NCBI GenBank assembly: GCA_010093815.1
Contig: ML996575.1
DNA length: 29,443 bases
Origin: Pseudovirgaria hyperparasitica
Taxonomy: Eukaryota
Reading direction: 5' to 3' (one strand)
Part shown: positions 1 through 11,710 of the stretch, piece by piece
Layout of the letters: each line of letters begins with the position of its first letter
How positions within the stretch are numbered: the first letter of the stretch is position 1
Notes under the pieces: model-generated
What the model saw: only the letters and a program-made list of their open reading frames with translations
What the model was told of the DNA's origin: nothing
Database searches by the model: none
Translations under genes and position numbers: made by a program

Positions 1-807
1 ATGTGACCCGGTTTGGGTCTCCGCCAAACTGAGAGATGTATTTCTTGACCCAGTGCATTGCGACTCGTTGGTCACCAAAACCGAGTGATAGAGCGTCTTG
101 GTCAGCAAGTTCCTTGGACTGCGAAAAGCCGAATGCGTTGAGACGGTAGTTGATGGATGCAAACACCACGGGCTGATTCATGTTGATGGAATGCTGGACG
201 ATATTGGCGCCTTGGTAGATGACGCCCTGTATGGCCTCAGTTTCTGTGAAGCCTAATGCAGCAGACGAGCCGACTGCAAAGCCGCCTCCGTGAATCCACA
301 AGACCTGAACGAGCAAAATTAACGATAGTAGGTACAGCTGCATGCTTGATCACTTACCACGGGCAGTTTACTATCCTTGGTCGCATTGAGCGGAGCCTGC
401 ACATTGATTGAGAGGCAGTCCTCCGCTGTTCCCAATACCGGTCTCAATAGGGGACCCTCCAGTAAAGTGGCGAGTCCACCAAGTAGGTCCCCAATCGGAC
501 TGGGAGAAAGAATGGAAAGGACGGACTGCTGAATACATGCCGGGCCATAATCAGAAGCGTCTTGAACGCCCTCGAGTTTGGTGGTGAGAAGCTTAGAGCG
601 GCGAAACCTTTCAGGACGAGCATAGGGCATTCCGAGGTAGTTCTTGGTGCCCGTTCTCAGATCTTTCGCACCCCGAAAACTGGCATAGTCAAGGTTGACA
701 GCATCGGCAGGACCGCCGATGAAGAGTTTCGCAGCGCTGATGATGGCCGAGTTGGCAGCGCCGGCCAACAACAGGAGGCTCACAAAGGCCTTTGTTGATA
801 TCAGCAT
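1..807 (-). CDS. Secreted type-B carboxylesterase/lipase (COesterase family); 5' part only, continues beyond the left edge. Exons 807-358 and 304-<1
   Basis: Signal peptide MLISTKAFVSLLLLAGAANSA; YLGMPYA, YGPACIQ and EDCLSINVQAP motifs. Removing a GTAAGT..CAG intron (357-305) joins KLPV to VLWIHGGGF (oxyanion hole), followed by ASINYRLNAFGF, GFGDQRVAMHWV and FGGDPNRVT just before the expected GESAG, which is outside the window. Confidence 0.93.
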
Positions 808-1663
808 CTTTGAGTCAAGCGGGCGCTCCCGAGCAGCAGGAATCGACGGCGGATGTCATTCTTGGTCATGGGTAGTCTGATGGAATAAATAGCTGGAGGT
901 CGCGGTTGAGATGTTGTTGAGAAGGGCCGAGTTGGACTAGCACTAGCACAGTTGCGCGATCAAGGCGCCGATTAGTAGGGGCCGGCTATGGTCTGGACAG
1001 CTATCCGATGGTTGTTGTCTCGCGTGGCGCAGAACACGAGGTGAGAATTAGATATACGTGTACAATAGACTGCATGCGTCTTTCTTCTTAGGTCGATTAT
1101 GAGATGGCAGATAAGACGAGACGAGAGGTCACTGTCACCATCACGACGCTTCTTGTTGGTCAGCCCTGTCAGCCTTCAACGCCATGTCGGCCGTGCCAAG
1201 AGGGTGCTATAGGAAGATGAGCTATGATACGACCGGATAAGGGACGAAGTGGACTATAGTACATACATGGCCGTATACACGTATTGCTAAGTGCGTGTTG
1301 GTGGCTGGAGGATGGTGGAGGATGGCGGAGGATGTATGATGTATGAGAATAAGAAAGGACGAGAGTTGATGGAGAAGAGGCAGGTGAGGAACAAGGAATT
1401 GGCGGCGGGGGAAATGAGAGTGAGTGACCAGATACTGAGGTCAGTATAGCGATACACTTGACCGTGGCGGTCACGTCATGGCATAATCGTGCAGAAGGAG
1501 GCATATTTGGGCCTTGCGATTCAGGCAAGTATACCTATGACCTCGGCAGTATTATTAGTCGCACGCCTAAAGCTGCCCGGCTGTCCGAGAATGGAAGGGT
1601 CGATGGGAGACCTTCAGCCACTAATCGTAACCAACTGAGCCACATGCGCACGCTTGTTGCTAC

Positions 1664-1759
1664 CTTGCTTCATAGGGCTTAAGGCTTACATGTGTCTTGC
1701 CTCATAAGGCATAAGGCTCATAGATATCCTGCCTTATAAGGCATAAGGCATATAAGGGA
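1664..1759. repeat. Three degenerate 32-bp tandem repeats rich in TAAGGC, including the perfect palindrome GCCTTATAAGGC (1731-1742)
   Basis: Units read directly: cttgcttcatagggcttaaggcttacatgtgt (1664-1695), cttgcctcataaggcataaggctcatagatat (1696-1727), cctgccttataaggcataaggcatataaggga (1728-1759). Confidence 0.8.
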
Positions 1760-2665
1760 TCCACCCATCCTTCTTCCCATCCAACTTATCGCTACTGTAC
1801 GTTGGGATCTGGGTAGTATCTATACCGTCAGTCTTGAAAATACGCAGCAGACCTGTCCTTCCGCCCGGGACATGATTACCTAATAATGCCCAAGTGGCCC
1901 CATGCACCGATTGCCCTAATAAGTGTGTGAATGCCCTGAGTCGTGCGCGATGGTCACCTGGTCATGTCGGCAGTTTCCAGTCCGTAATCAGTACTTCACA
2001 GTCTGCAGCCCATAAGTCAGACTTCAGTCACCTGCCCTGCATCTAAGCACCTCCAGCCCCTGTTGGCACCTGAGGTTTGCACCACCCCTCCTCGCCTGGC
2101 TGGTCGTCGTTGTCATCGTCGTCACCTTGTTATTACCCTACTTGTCTGTCTATATTCCAGTCCATAGTACTCACAACCACAACACATAGCCACAGAGCAC
2201 TCTCAATCACTGTTCAATAGTAGCAGGACTACTATTTCGCCAGCTTGACCGTCTGGCAACGGTAGCTGTCCCGCCTTGCTCTTCCAACCCCACCAAACAC
2301 CACTGCCCCAGCTCTTGATCCGCCCGAGGCGTCCAGTTACAGCAACAAAGAGCTGGACACAGACGCGTCTGTCAAAGCTACTGGTCTCCTCGGTATTCAC
2401 TCTCAGAAGCTGTCTCCTTCACTCTAGGACCTTGACGTGTTAGTAGCTTCGTCTCGAGACCACGAGCTTGAGTCAGAAGGCTGATTCTGTCATCAGTGTC
2501 TGAGACCACAATCCACCTCTACTAAGCATCTCACCCCAACTCGAACAAACTCTCACCAAGCACGCCTCTCTCCTGCGACCACGCTTTAGTCTACTCCCTT
2601 CATACGCTTTATTACAGCTCGTCCTTACGCGATCGATCCCTTTACGGTTCCTACAAGCTTTTTGA

Positions 2666-5600
2666 ATGACACCTTCGCCAGACAGCCCTCCCGTTACAAC
2701 TACACAACCCTCTTCCTTTACACGAAAACAAGTCCTTCAACAAAAGAAAAAGAAAAACTTGGATGCCACAAAGGCCAACGTCAAAGAAGTTCCAAACAAT
2801 GAGCTGGGACAAAAGGATAGGTATGGCGAGCGTATCACAACAATATACCCAAAGGAGGTGTAAGTCGATTCGTTTCCTTTTTCTCTTACTCTTTTCCTCT
2901 TTCTCTCTCTCTCATCTTGTCCCTTATTGCCGCTTTTTAGTGCAAGCGAATACGATACCACATCATTCGCTATTGTGCTAGCTCTGTATCCTTGCTGCTT
3001 AGACGGGGAGTGTTTATCTGCGTGCTATAGACATAATATGAAACCAGTCTAATATGTTCAACAGAGCTGCCTTTCCTGTTGACGATCATGGCGCATCTTT
3101 ACCACCAGACAACGTGCCGTCGAGCATTGCCACGTCTCCTCTACTGTCAGCTTTTGGATCTGCAAACGCTGCATCGGCGCAGTACACGAGTGAATGGACC
3201 AAATCACTCCCATATCCCGCGAAGCAGCATCCCATAGGCAACGGGATCAATATCGGTGGTCCTCCGCCAACCCCCAATTCTCACCCGCACATGTTCAAAG
3301 ATGACTATAATGGTGCTGTGCCTACCTCTGTATCTCCGCCGGCCTCCATAGGTTCAAGACCTCTCAGCCACCCAACACAATTCTCAAGTTTTGGAGGCCG
3401 ACTCCAACCTTCACCTCAGCCGTCAGTCGGACGTGACAGACGGTCGTCTATGTATGCGCGCACTGGTGCGCGTTCTCCCTTCTTGGCACATCCTCCATTG
3501 CCACACCAGCCACAGCCGCATTTTTATGGCCTGCAAAATCTGGATATGGCATTGGGGACGCAGAAGACTGGTAACATCCGTCCAGGAAGTGATGGCTATT
3601 ATTGTGGGTTTGATACACTGAGACTGCCGGGTGAAAGTGCTTCTCGGGCCACAAAGAACGTCTTACTCGTTGGCTATGAAGGAGGTTTTGACGTCCTGAA
3701 GGTTGAACGCACCAAGATGGACGTTATAGGACGCCTGGAAGGACTCCGAGGCGCCGTCATAGGAGCAAAGCTCCTTTCATCCACAGGCCCTGGTGACATG
3801 TATGCGTCCTTGCGTCCACTCGTAGCGCTTACCGTTCATGGCCCGGTAGTAGATCTGGCAAACGTCCCAGAGCCTGATAATGATACTGCCTCCGTAACAT
3901 ATGCGGACACTAGACCTGCAACACCAAAGTCTGCAAGCGATATCAAGGAATACCAAACTACAGTGGAAGTTTACTCTCTTCTGAAGCAAGAACATATCGC
4001 CACGTTATTCGTATGCCCGCCAGTTCCTATTTCAAGTCCAATCGACAGCCCGCTCTTCCGACCTCCGTTACCAACTGGTGATTTGCGAATTGATGCTAGT
4101 GGCCGATTTGTCACAATAAGCTCTGGCAGCAGTGGCGAAGTCTATGTATTTTCCTCGCAACTGAAGAAAGCAGCAACGTCAGAGTCCTCCCATTTTAGAT
4201 GCATAGGTAAGCTGTGGACATCTGTGCAGTCACGGAGTCTCGGCTCGGCCTCGAGTTCTTCAAGCTCTAACGATGCAAGAAATATGGACGGGGATGAGCA
4301 TAGGCCACATGGAGTTCCGGTGGTATCAGTAAGTGGACGATGGATTGCTGTGGCACCACCTGCGTCGGCGACAAGCCTCTCCATCAATGGTTCGGCTATG
4401 CTGTCTGTATCAAACCAGAGCCCTGCAGGTCTCGGACATCATACAGCTCCTCCTCAACCGAATGAGAATTGTGCTGTCGACGCTCCTCAGAGCGACGGGC
4501 TAGCAGGGCGATTCGCAAGAGAAGGAGCACAAGCTGCCGTGCGCGGCGCAAAATGGGCTGCTGGCCGGGGCTTTCAGGCTTATCAATACTATTTTGGAAA
4601 GCCTGGACAGCCTCAGGATCCGATTGGGGCGCCTATTGATCACATGAACCAGCAGTCCTACCCTCAAGCCTACGGACATTTCGGCAGTTCTCCCACTCGT
4701 CACGACTCCACGATGGTATCTGTGTACGACCTCAATCGCTTCTTGGACAACGAAGAGTCTAAGCGGAAAGGGGTCTTAGAACCAATTGCATCATTCATAC
4801 CTCCGCACGGTATCAGTCATTTGTCACTCTCCCCTTCCGGTGTCATGCTTTTGACCGTTGGAAAGAAGGGTGACGTGCAAGAGGTGTGGAATTTGATGAA
4901 GATCACGAACCGCAAGAACCGCAAGTCAAATCGAAGCACTCTAGACGGCCCGCATGTTCGGCAAGTCGCGAGATTCACTCGGATGACTGTTGCTAATGTG
5001 GTTGATGTCGCTTGGACCTCTCCTATTGGACGCGGAGTGGCTATTCTTACTGAGAACGGAACTGCACATTTGTATCCAATGCCATCAGCAGCATTCCAGT
5101 GGCCTCCGGCTAGAAGTATGGCAGCAAAACCGCGCAATGCCTTGAAGGAAGAAGCACCGGTGCTACAAGACTCCGGTCGGACTGGTGCTGTAGGAGCTAT
5201 GAGCTCTGCTTTCAGTGCCCTCAATGGGACGGCACGTAGCTTCACAAACGCCTATCGATCTCAGAAGGGCAGTGAAAGCACTAAAAGCCCTGGATCAACC
5301 TTTGCCCTACCGAGCATGACAACTGCAGTCGGTGCACGAAGTAGCAAAGCCGTTGCTAAAAATCTATCGAAATCTTTAGGGACCGCCGCCAAAAGCTTTG
5401 CCCAAGCTGGAGACAACAGAATTCACCTAGGCTCGACTAGCTCAATACCTGTGTCAAACTTGATATGCTGGCTGACAAGCAGAAGCGGCAAACCCTCCTT
5501 AGCAATCGTTTCAGCAGGTCACATCGACATCTATCGCGTCTTCATGCAGCCAGCACGAGGCAAGCAACATCCAGCCCGTGTGAAGAAGAAACGTATGGTA

Positions 5601-6224
5601 CAATACCAAGTCCCTGATGTTCGCGGCGGTCCGTTCCCACCGTCCCTCATCGCAAAAATTGGCCCACATACACCTGGGGACCTTAACGGCACCAAAGATC
5701 TCCCTCTCGAAGGGATCTGGGCCCTGCGCACTCTTAAGCGCGAACACACCTCTACGAAACCCAAGGAACGCACTCCCCACCCTCTCAGCTTCGCTGAGCT
5801 CGAGACAAGCGCGCCGTTCCTGCCGTTTCACACCGATCGCCGCGCCAACATGTTCTTCACTGCCGAAGACGCGCTCAATCCATCTACTCAACCGCGCACC
5901 ATCAACGATGGTAAAGATGGTGTCTCTCTCACCGACCACGTGCCGCAGCCCTCATTCGGCGGCCGCCTAGCTGGCCATCGCGTCTTCATAACGCATCCGT
6001 CACGTCATCTCTCTGGCGAGGACGATACAGACCTAGACTTGCATGACCAGCTCGATGGAGTGACGGCTGAGAATCGGATGGTAAAGAAGGGCGGCGATTA
6101 CGAGGAAGTGCAGATCATTGTCACTACTCGACGGCGTAGAAGGCTTGAGGATGGGTATGGCGACCAAGAAGGGTTTTTTGAAGATGATTGTGAGGTGCTG
6201 GACTTTGCTGACGATCGTGTTTGA
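2666..6224 (+). CDS. BCAS3/ATG18-like WD40 beta-propeller protein, about 1117 aa. Exons 2666-2859 and 3065-6224
   Basis: 1056-codon ORF with YYCGFD, VLLVGYEGGFDV, ISHLSLSPSGVMLLTV and ARFTRMTVANVVDVAW..TENGTAHLY segments typical of fungal BCAS3-like proteins. An intron 2860-3064 (GTAAGT donor, CTAAT branch, CAG acceptor) joins the upstream 2666 ORF in frame (GT|A = Val). Confidence 0.75.
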
Positions 6225-6779
6225 CATTGGGCGATGAACCTGATATGGCGTTTCGCGCGCATTGTTTGTTTGAACTTTTGAGCATTCGAATGCCACATAC
6301 GAATCAGAATACCTTATAGAGCTCTTCGCATTCAAATGTATCGTTTGGAACTGGAGTAATTCGAATCTTGCGGGTATCAAATATCGGGACGACTGTCTTG
6401 CACTATCTATCTATCAACTTGCCTCAAAGTCATGATGTTATTTGCATTCTCACCGGGTCGTGGAGTTCTACAGATGGGCGGGCACATGGCATGCTTTTAG
6501 TATATAAACAAATCATGACAGATCAATGCACATACATTCAATATCGGCACAGTCCGTCCGCGGTCCGTCCGCAGTCCTCAGTGCGACGAGTCGCATGAAG
6601 TGCCAGGCAGTGTATACTAGCACTCACAGCTCAACCAGCTTCTGGATGCTGCCAATGACGTGCTGCACGATGCTGGATCGCGCATGCAAGATGCATATCA
6701 CGGCTGTATTCGTCGTCGTTTGCATATCACGCCACGTCTCCCCACCTAAACTTCTATGACATCAGTGTGTTATGCAAGT

Positions 6780-8160
6780 TAGCAAGAATAGTAAGAGTAG
6801 ACTTACTTCGGAGTAAAGAAAAATCACTTTACTCCGGGGTAACTAATTAGTAGGAGATGATAGTAATTCATTTTTTTTAGATATATATTTCTGAGCTTAT
6901 AAAGGAGCTATTGTTTTTTTTTTTCTTTTCTTTCTAGCCTTGGAAACTTGGGCTACGTGCTACTAATTACCCTTTTTATATGGGAATTGAGGTTTTCCTT
7001 CTTCGCTTTTTCTTAATACTATTATTTTTTTTTCTAGGGATTTTCCAACGTGGACTTTTTTTAGACTCTACTCTCTGGTTCTAGAAGAACTAGTACTTAA
7101 TTAAAGTTAACTACTTCTTTATTTCTATCTTCATCTACTGGTAGTAGTAGATTTAATATTCTTCTTATTAGCTTTGGCTTCGTTATACTAGTATATAATT
7201 CTTATATATTAGTTCTCTTATATTCTATGGATATAGACTCTCTTCTAATCTTTCTAATAACTAGACTAGCTCTTAGAGATAGAGTAGTCTAAATAAGTAA
7301 TAGAAGGATTAAAGAGAGTAGAGATAGATATAGTATTTAGGTATCGACCGTTACGGTAACTAACGTAATATAGTAGACAATAGTATAAAGATACTTATAG
7401 AAGTAACTACTAGCTTACTATACTCCTTGAGAGAAGATAGAGGAGATAGAAATGGCTTTATTTAATTAATAATACTTACTATAAACTAATATATACTATC
7501 TATAATATCTACTTTTATATTAAGAATAATGTCTAAAGAGTAGAAAGTAGACGATATAGTTTACTTCTATATTAGACTTACTTAATCTAGCTAATCTAAT
7601 ATATATTAATAATGTTATAGTAGTATAATATAAAATTAGTTCTAGCTACTATAAAGATTACTATAGAAACTATCTAGTTCTAGATACTCTTTATAAGAAG
7701 AGTTTAGCTAGATAGATAGAATAGTAAATTAATCTTACTATAACTTAGTAATCTCTATCTATAATATATAGGAAAGAGACTATATATATATATATCTAGT
7801 TATATCTAATCTTATCTTAAACTATAATAGTCTATTAGTATCTCTTATAGTATATAGTCTAATAATAGATCTAATTAGATATTAGAGAGACTTTTAATAA
7901 AGATAATATCTAATAGCTACTTATAGATAGCCAAGTAGTACTTATACTTATAGAATTTAGTATATTACTACTAGATTAAACTATATATAAGTTACTACTA
8001 AATGGATTAGAGAACTCTTTTAAGATAGCTATTTAATAATTAGATGTATTTTAACTTTAAATCCTGTCTTAGAATGACTAAAGATCCAAAATAATTTTCT
8101 CTTTTCATTTTCTTCATTAATTTCTTTTCTTAATACTCTTACTACTACCATATATAGTAT
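6780..8160. mobile_element. RIP-degenerated repeat/transposon relic, family not identifiable
   Basis: Abrupt switch to very AT-rich sequence with heavy TpA excess and CpA/TpG depletion; no ORF of 60 or more codons. A possible minus-strand frame starting near 8151 (MVVVRVLRKEINEENEKRKLFWIF...) is interrupted by TAA/TAG stops consistent with mutated CAA/CAG. Boundaries approximate. Confidence 0.7.
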
Positions 8161-8327
8161 GGTGAAGCATGAGGAAGTGTGGTAGAAGGGCTTCTACTTT
8201 CTGAAAGGATCAGCGTCTGGGACGTTAAATAGCTCACGTTTGTAGCTCTTAATCTCTCTCTTCTTTACATACAAATTCACTTCAACTCAATTGACGAATC
8301 TCTCAATAACCTCATACTTTATTAACG

Positions 8328-11131
8328 ATGGCGGCAGGTGACTCAACCGTTGGGGTACCCGTTATGGATACGTCTCACGTTCTTAATGTTATGAAATACA
8401 AGAAGTCACTGTCGAAAGCAGAGACTATGGCTTGTGTCTCTCTCTCTGGTACGGAGACCAAGGCACTCTTCGGGGAAAATGATGACAGCACTGAATCTCT
8501 GGCCTCTCTACGCCAAAAACTGTTTGACAAGAAAGTCTTGAGTGCAAAGAGGTCAGCTTAAGTAAACACAAGATTAAGCACTGATGAGATGCTTACTTAC
8601 TTACAGAGCCGGATACCCTTTCTGCACAGAGAGTGGTGGTTCAGTCGGTGACAGCACAATGATCAAAGATTACCTCCTCATGCTCGATCGTTCGCTCGAG
8701 GTATGTTGACTACTTCTCTGGATAGTAGGTATATGACTCACTCTGGCCAGTCGAAGAATAAGGCGCGGACTATATACATCCTGTCAGAGCGTTCCACAAT
8801 AGACGAGACGACCACGGCATTTCTCGCCCAAAATCATGACCTTGATCTGAAGGTATGACGACAAACGCTATACTATTGAGATGCTGATATGTGCTAGGCA
8901 AATCGGCCGGACCTACTCAAGTCTGGTACCACTGATCTTAGTAGTGCATATTCGAAAGATGCTTTCACAGCTCAGGCTGGGACTGGCGGGAACACGTAAG
9001 TTTTGCTTCATTTCTTCTTCGCGATAGCCTTAGGCTGATTTCTCTAGACACCCAGCCGATATGACAGAGACTCACTGGGATATCGTCACACGGACCAACG
9101 CTCTTTGCAGTGGATACAAGATTCTGTACACCACGGAGAAGAAGACTGACGAAATAGTCAAGATCACACCAAACGATTTAGAAAAGACAATGTACACTGC
9201 CTTTCAGGTCACCGAAAGATCTTTCTCCCCTCATGAGATCTCCTTTGCTCGACCTGACAAGGAGAAGGATATAAAGCTTCCACCCGTATGTGCGCCTGCT
9301 AATGGTTTGGTATATACACTCATGTCAGGATACAGAGCAAATACAGAATTCCAAGATTCCGTGTCGAAGACGACTCAAACGTGGACGTGTATGAGACAAA
9401 GACCCATTTAGAGTCATCTATGGCAGAAAGCTCTTTCTCGAAGTCCTCAATCGAAGCATCAGCGTGAGCTCTGTTTTGTGATCAGTGTGACGCGTACTGA
9501 CAAACTCGCAGTGGTGGTGGTGCCTTTGGCTTTTCACTTGGAGCCAGTATGGGGTTTGCCAAAAGCGATGAGGACAAGAATGCACAGACAAGCACGAAAG
9601 ATGTTGCGACCATGCATATTCGCTATTACGTATATATTCAGCTCTTTCACCATTATGATGTGGCTGATTGTCATACAGTTTCCGCGTGTGGTCATTCAGC
9701 TTGATGAGCTCTCACTTGAGTTATCACAGGAATGCAAAGACGAACTCGATGTGGTGCTGACTACCGCCAAGTTTGAGAACCTGCAGCGCTTCTCTGAGAA
9801 GTTTGGTCAGTAAAAATGGCCTGCATGAACGATTTACTCTCGAACTGACCAACGCTCAGGGCACTTCTTCGCGACCCGTGTCCAGCTTGGCGGCACCCTG
9901 TTTTCCTCGGAGGCATCAGCGGCATTTGGTGACTCCTCTGATTCGGAAAAAGCTAGCGCTATGAAGGCCTCTGCGGCGCTGTCCTTCTCGTCACCGTACG
10001 CCCAAGCCTCCATAAGCGCTAGTCGAGAGGAAATCAATGCATCTGCCACGAGCAATAAGGAGAGTATGTTCGCAAAGTCCATCATTTGGCAAGCTAAGGG
10101 TGGTGACACTCTTCTTTGTAACAAGTACGTCTCTCCATCCTGCTGCAATCTCTCAGCTACTGATTATATCAAGTCCTCCGGCATGGGCGCCCACCGTAGC
10201 CTCGTTTTATAATTGGCGCATCATCAAGGTATTTCACGACGATTGGTTTGAGTATCTATCTAATGTTCCTTCAGCAAGATAAAATAGTTCCCTTGGTGGA
10301 TCTGATCGGCAAGCTACCTGGTTATTCCGATGTACCCGTGGCATTCGAGAAAATTGCAAGCGGCGAACATCCTGCAATGACAACCATACCACTTAAATTC
10401 ACCCTTCAGAAGGAAGGAAAGAGCGATGAGTACCTGACCTTGGAAAAGACAGGATGGTCGTGTGAGTCAAATCCATAACCCTCTTGCTATGATCTCTTTT
10501 CCACTTACACAGCATCATATTCTAAGCTTTGGAGCCCATGATCCTGGCTGGGCATGTGAGCGACCTGCCTCATTCGTCGATCGATTGGCTATGCACAAAC
10601 TATATGAAGAGAGAAGAAGATCGCCCAGATATCAGAGTCGGCAAAAATCCATCTCCAGCATCCCGCATCTTCCAAGCCTCAGTTGCCGTGCCTGAGAATG
10701 ACAAGGATAGCGTCAAAGAGGTACGTGACCACACCTGCCTGCCCTTCCTTTTTCTAAAACTGCAATACCCATTACTGATCACCTCCACACCCCTCCAGCT
10801 CCAATACAACACAAAATACAAACTCTCCCACCACGCCACCGCCACCACGCTCGGCTCCCACCCTCCCCTGCCCCGCACATTCATCTTCGGCTCCGACATG
10901 CTCGTCGACTTCGTCTTCCAGACACCCGGCGACGTCAAGAAGACCGGGTCTATCAAGGACGGCGACACTGTCGAGCTTGCTGTGCACACCTTGATTCCGT
11001 GTGGTCTGCTGATGACGTCGCTGTCGACATCTCCTGCGGCGCCCAAGGGGACGGAGATCTTGGAGGCGAAGCCGTGGCAGTCAGACCAGAGGGACAGGTA
11101 TTTGAAGTTCGTGTTTCAGTATGTGGCTTGA
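8328..11131 (+). CDS. MACPF (membrane attack complex/perforin)-domain protein, 13 exons, about 720 aa, no signal peptide
   Basis: Hand-spliced introns 8552-8606, 8701-8750, 8853-8897, 8996-9047, 9286-9335, 9464-9511, 9630-9678, 9806-9859, 10125-10173, 10229-10274, 10462-10526 and 10721-10798 give one open frame of 2163 nt. It contains FSEKFGHFFATRVQLGG (resembles the MACPF Y/W-G-T/S-H-F/Y-x6-GG signature), plus RIPRFRVEDDS, FPRVVIQLD and WQAKGGDTLLCNNPPAWAPTVASFYNWRIIKQ. Confidence 0.85.
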
Positions 11132-11304
11132 GGTGGCGACGTGTGTCTGATGTGAGATGGGGTAGGGGACAGGAAGCTGGCTTCGAGTTATTATATCGCG
11201 ATCTTGCAAGTCTAATGTTTTATTGTATTCTGTTCTTTGGAGTGAATCTTCTTCCTCCTCGTCTTCCTCCTAATCTGTGCCCTGCTCCCCGCAGGCTGTG
11301 AGCC

Positions 11305-11503
11305 TGTGATGTGCTCCTTACCTCGTATAGATGAGGTTTTACGGGACACGTAATCCGTCCCTGTTATACCGTACCCGTAGAGTCTTCCCTTTGCGTCTGT
11401 ACGGGGTGAATATGTATATACTTTACGTAAAGATATGCAGATGAAATCCATCTACTAAGATGTCATACAATCTAACCACGTGACTATACGATTGAAAATC
11501 ACA
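11305..11503. mobile_element. Solo-LTR-like element (about 199 bp), copy A
   Basis: Inverted termini TGTGAT...ATCACA. The first ~140 bp align with 26794-26935 (gtaatccgtccctgttataccgtacccgtagagtctt vs gtaatccgtccccgttataccgtacccatagagtctt). No target-site duplication seen. Confidence 0.6.
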
Positions 11504-11710
11504 CAACGTGATACTGTCCCGAGGCAGAATTGTGTAATCTGGGTGCTAGCCTTTTATAAAACACCTCCGAGCCTAATCTCACGATTACGAGTATAGTTGA
11601 AAATGTTTGGTATTATATACGTACCATATCCCCGGTCCACAACGGCAATCCGTAAGTGCTCTACGGATACAGACTTACGAAGTATATACACCACCCACTG
11701 GCCACAGCCT

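Noticed and set aside
1169..1682. 119-aa and 74-aa ORFs upstream of the carboxylesterase
   Set aside because: Low-complexity sequence, non-ATG starts and no motifs; most likely promoter DNA.
1664..1759. CRISPR-like appearance of the 32-bp repeats
   Set aside because: The units are directly tandem with no unique spacers, there are no cas genes, and the context is eukaryotic.
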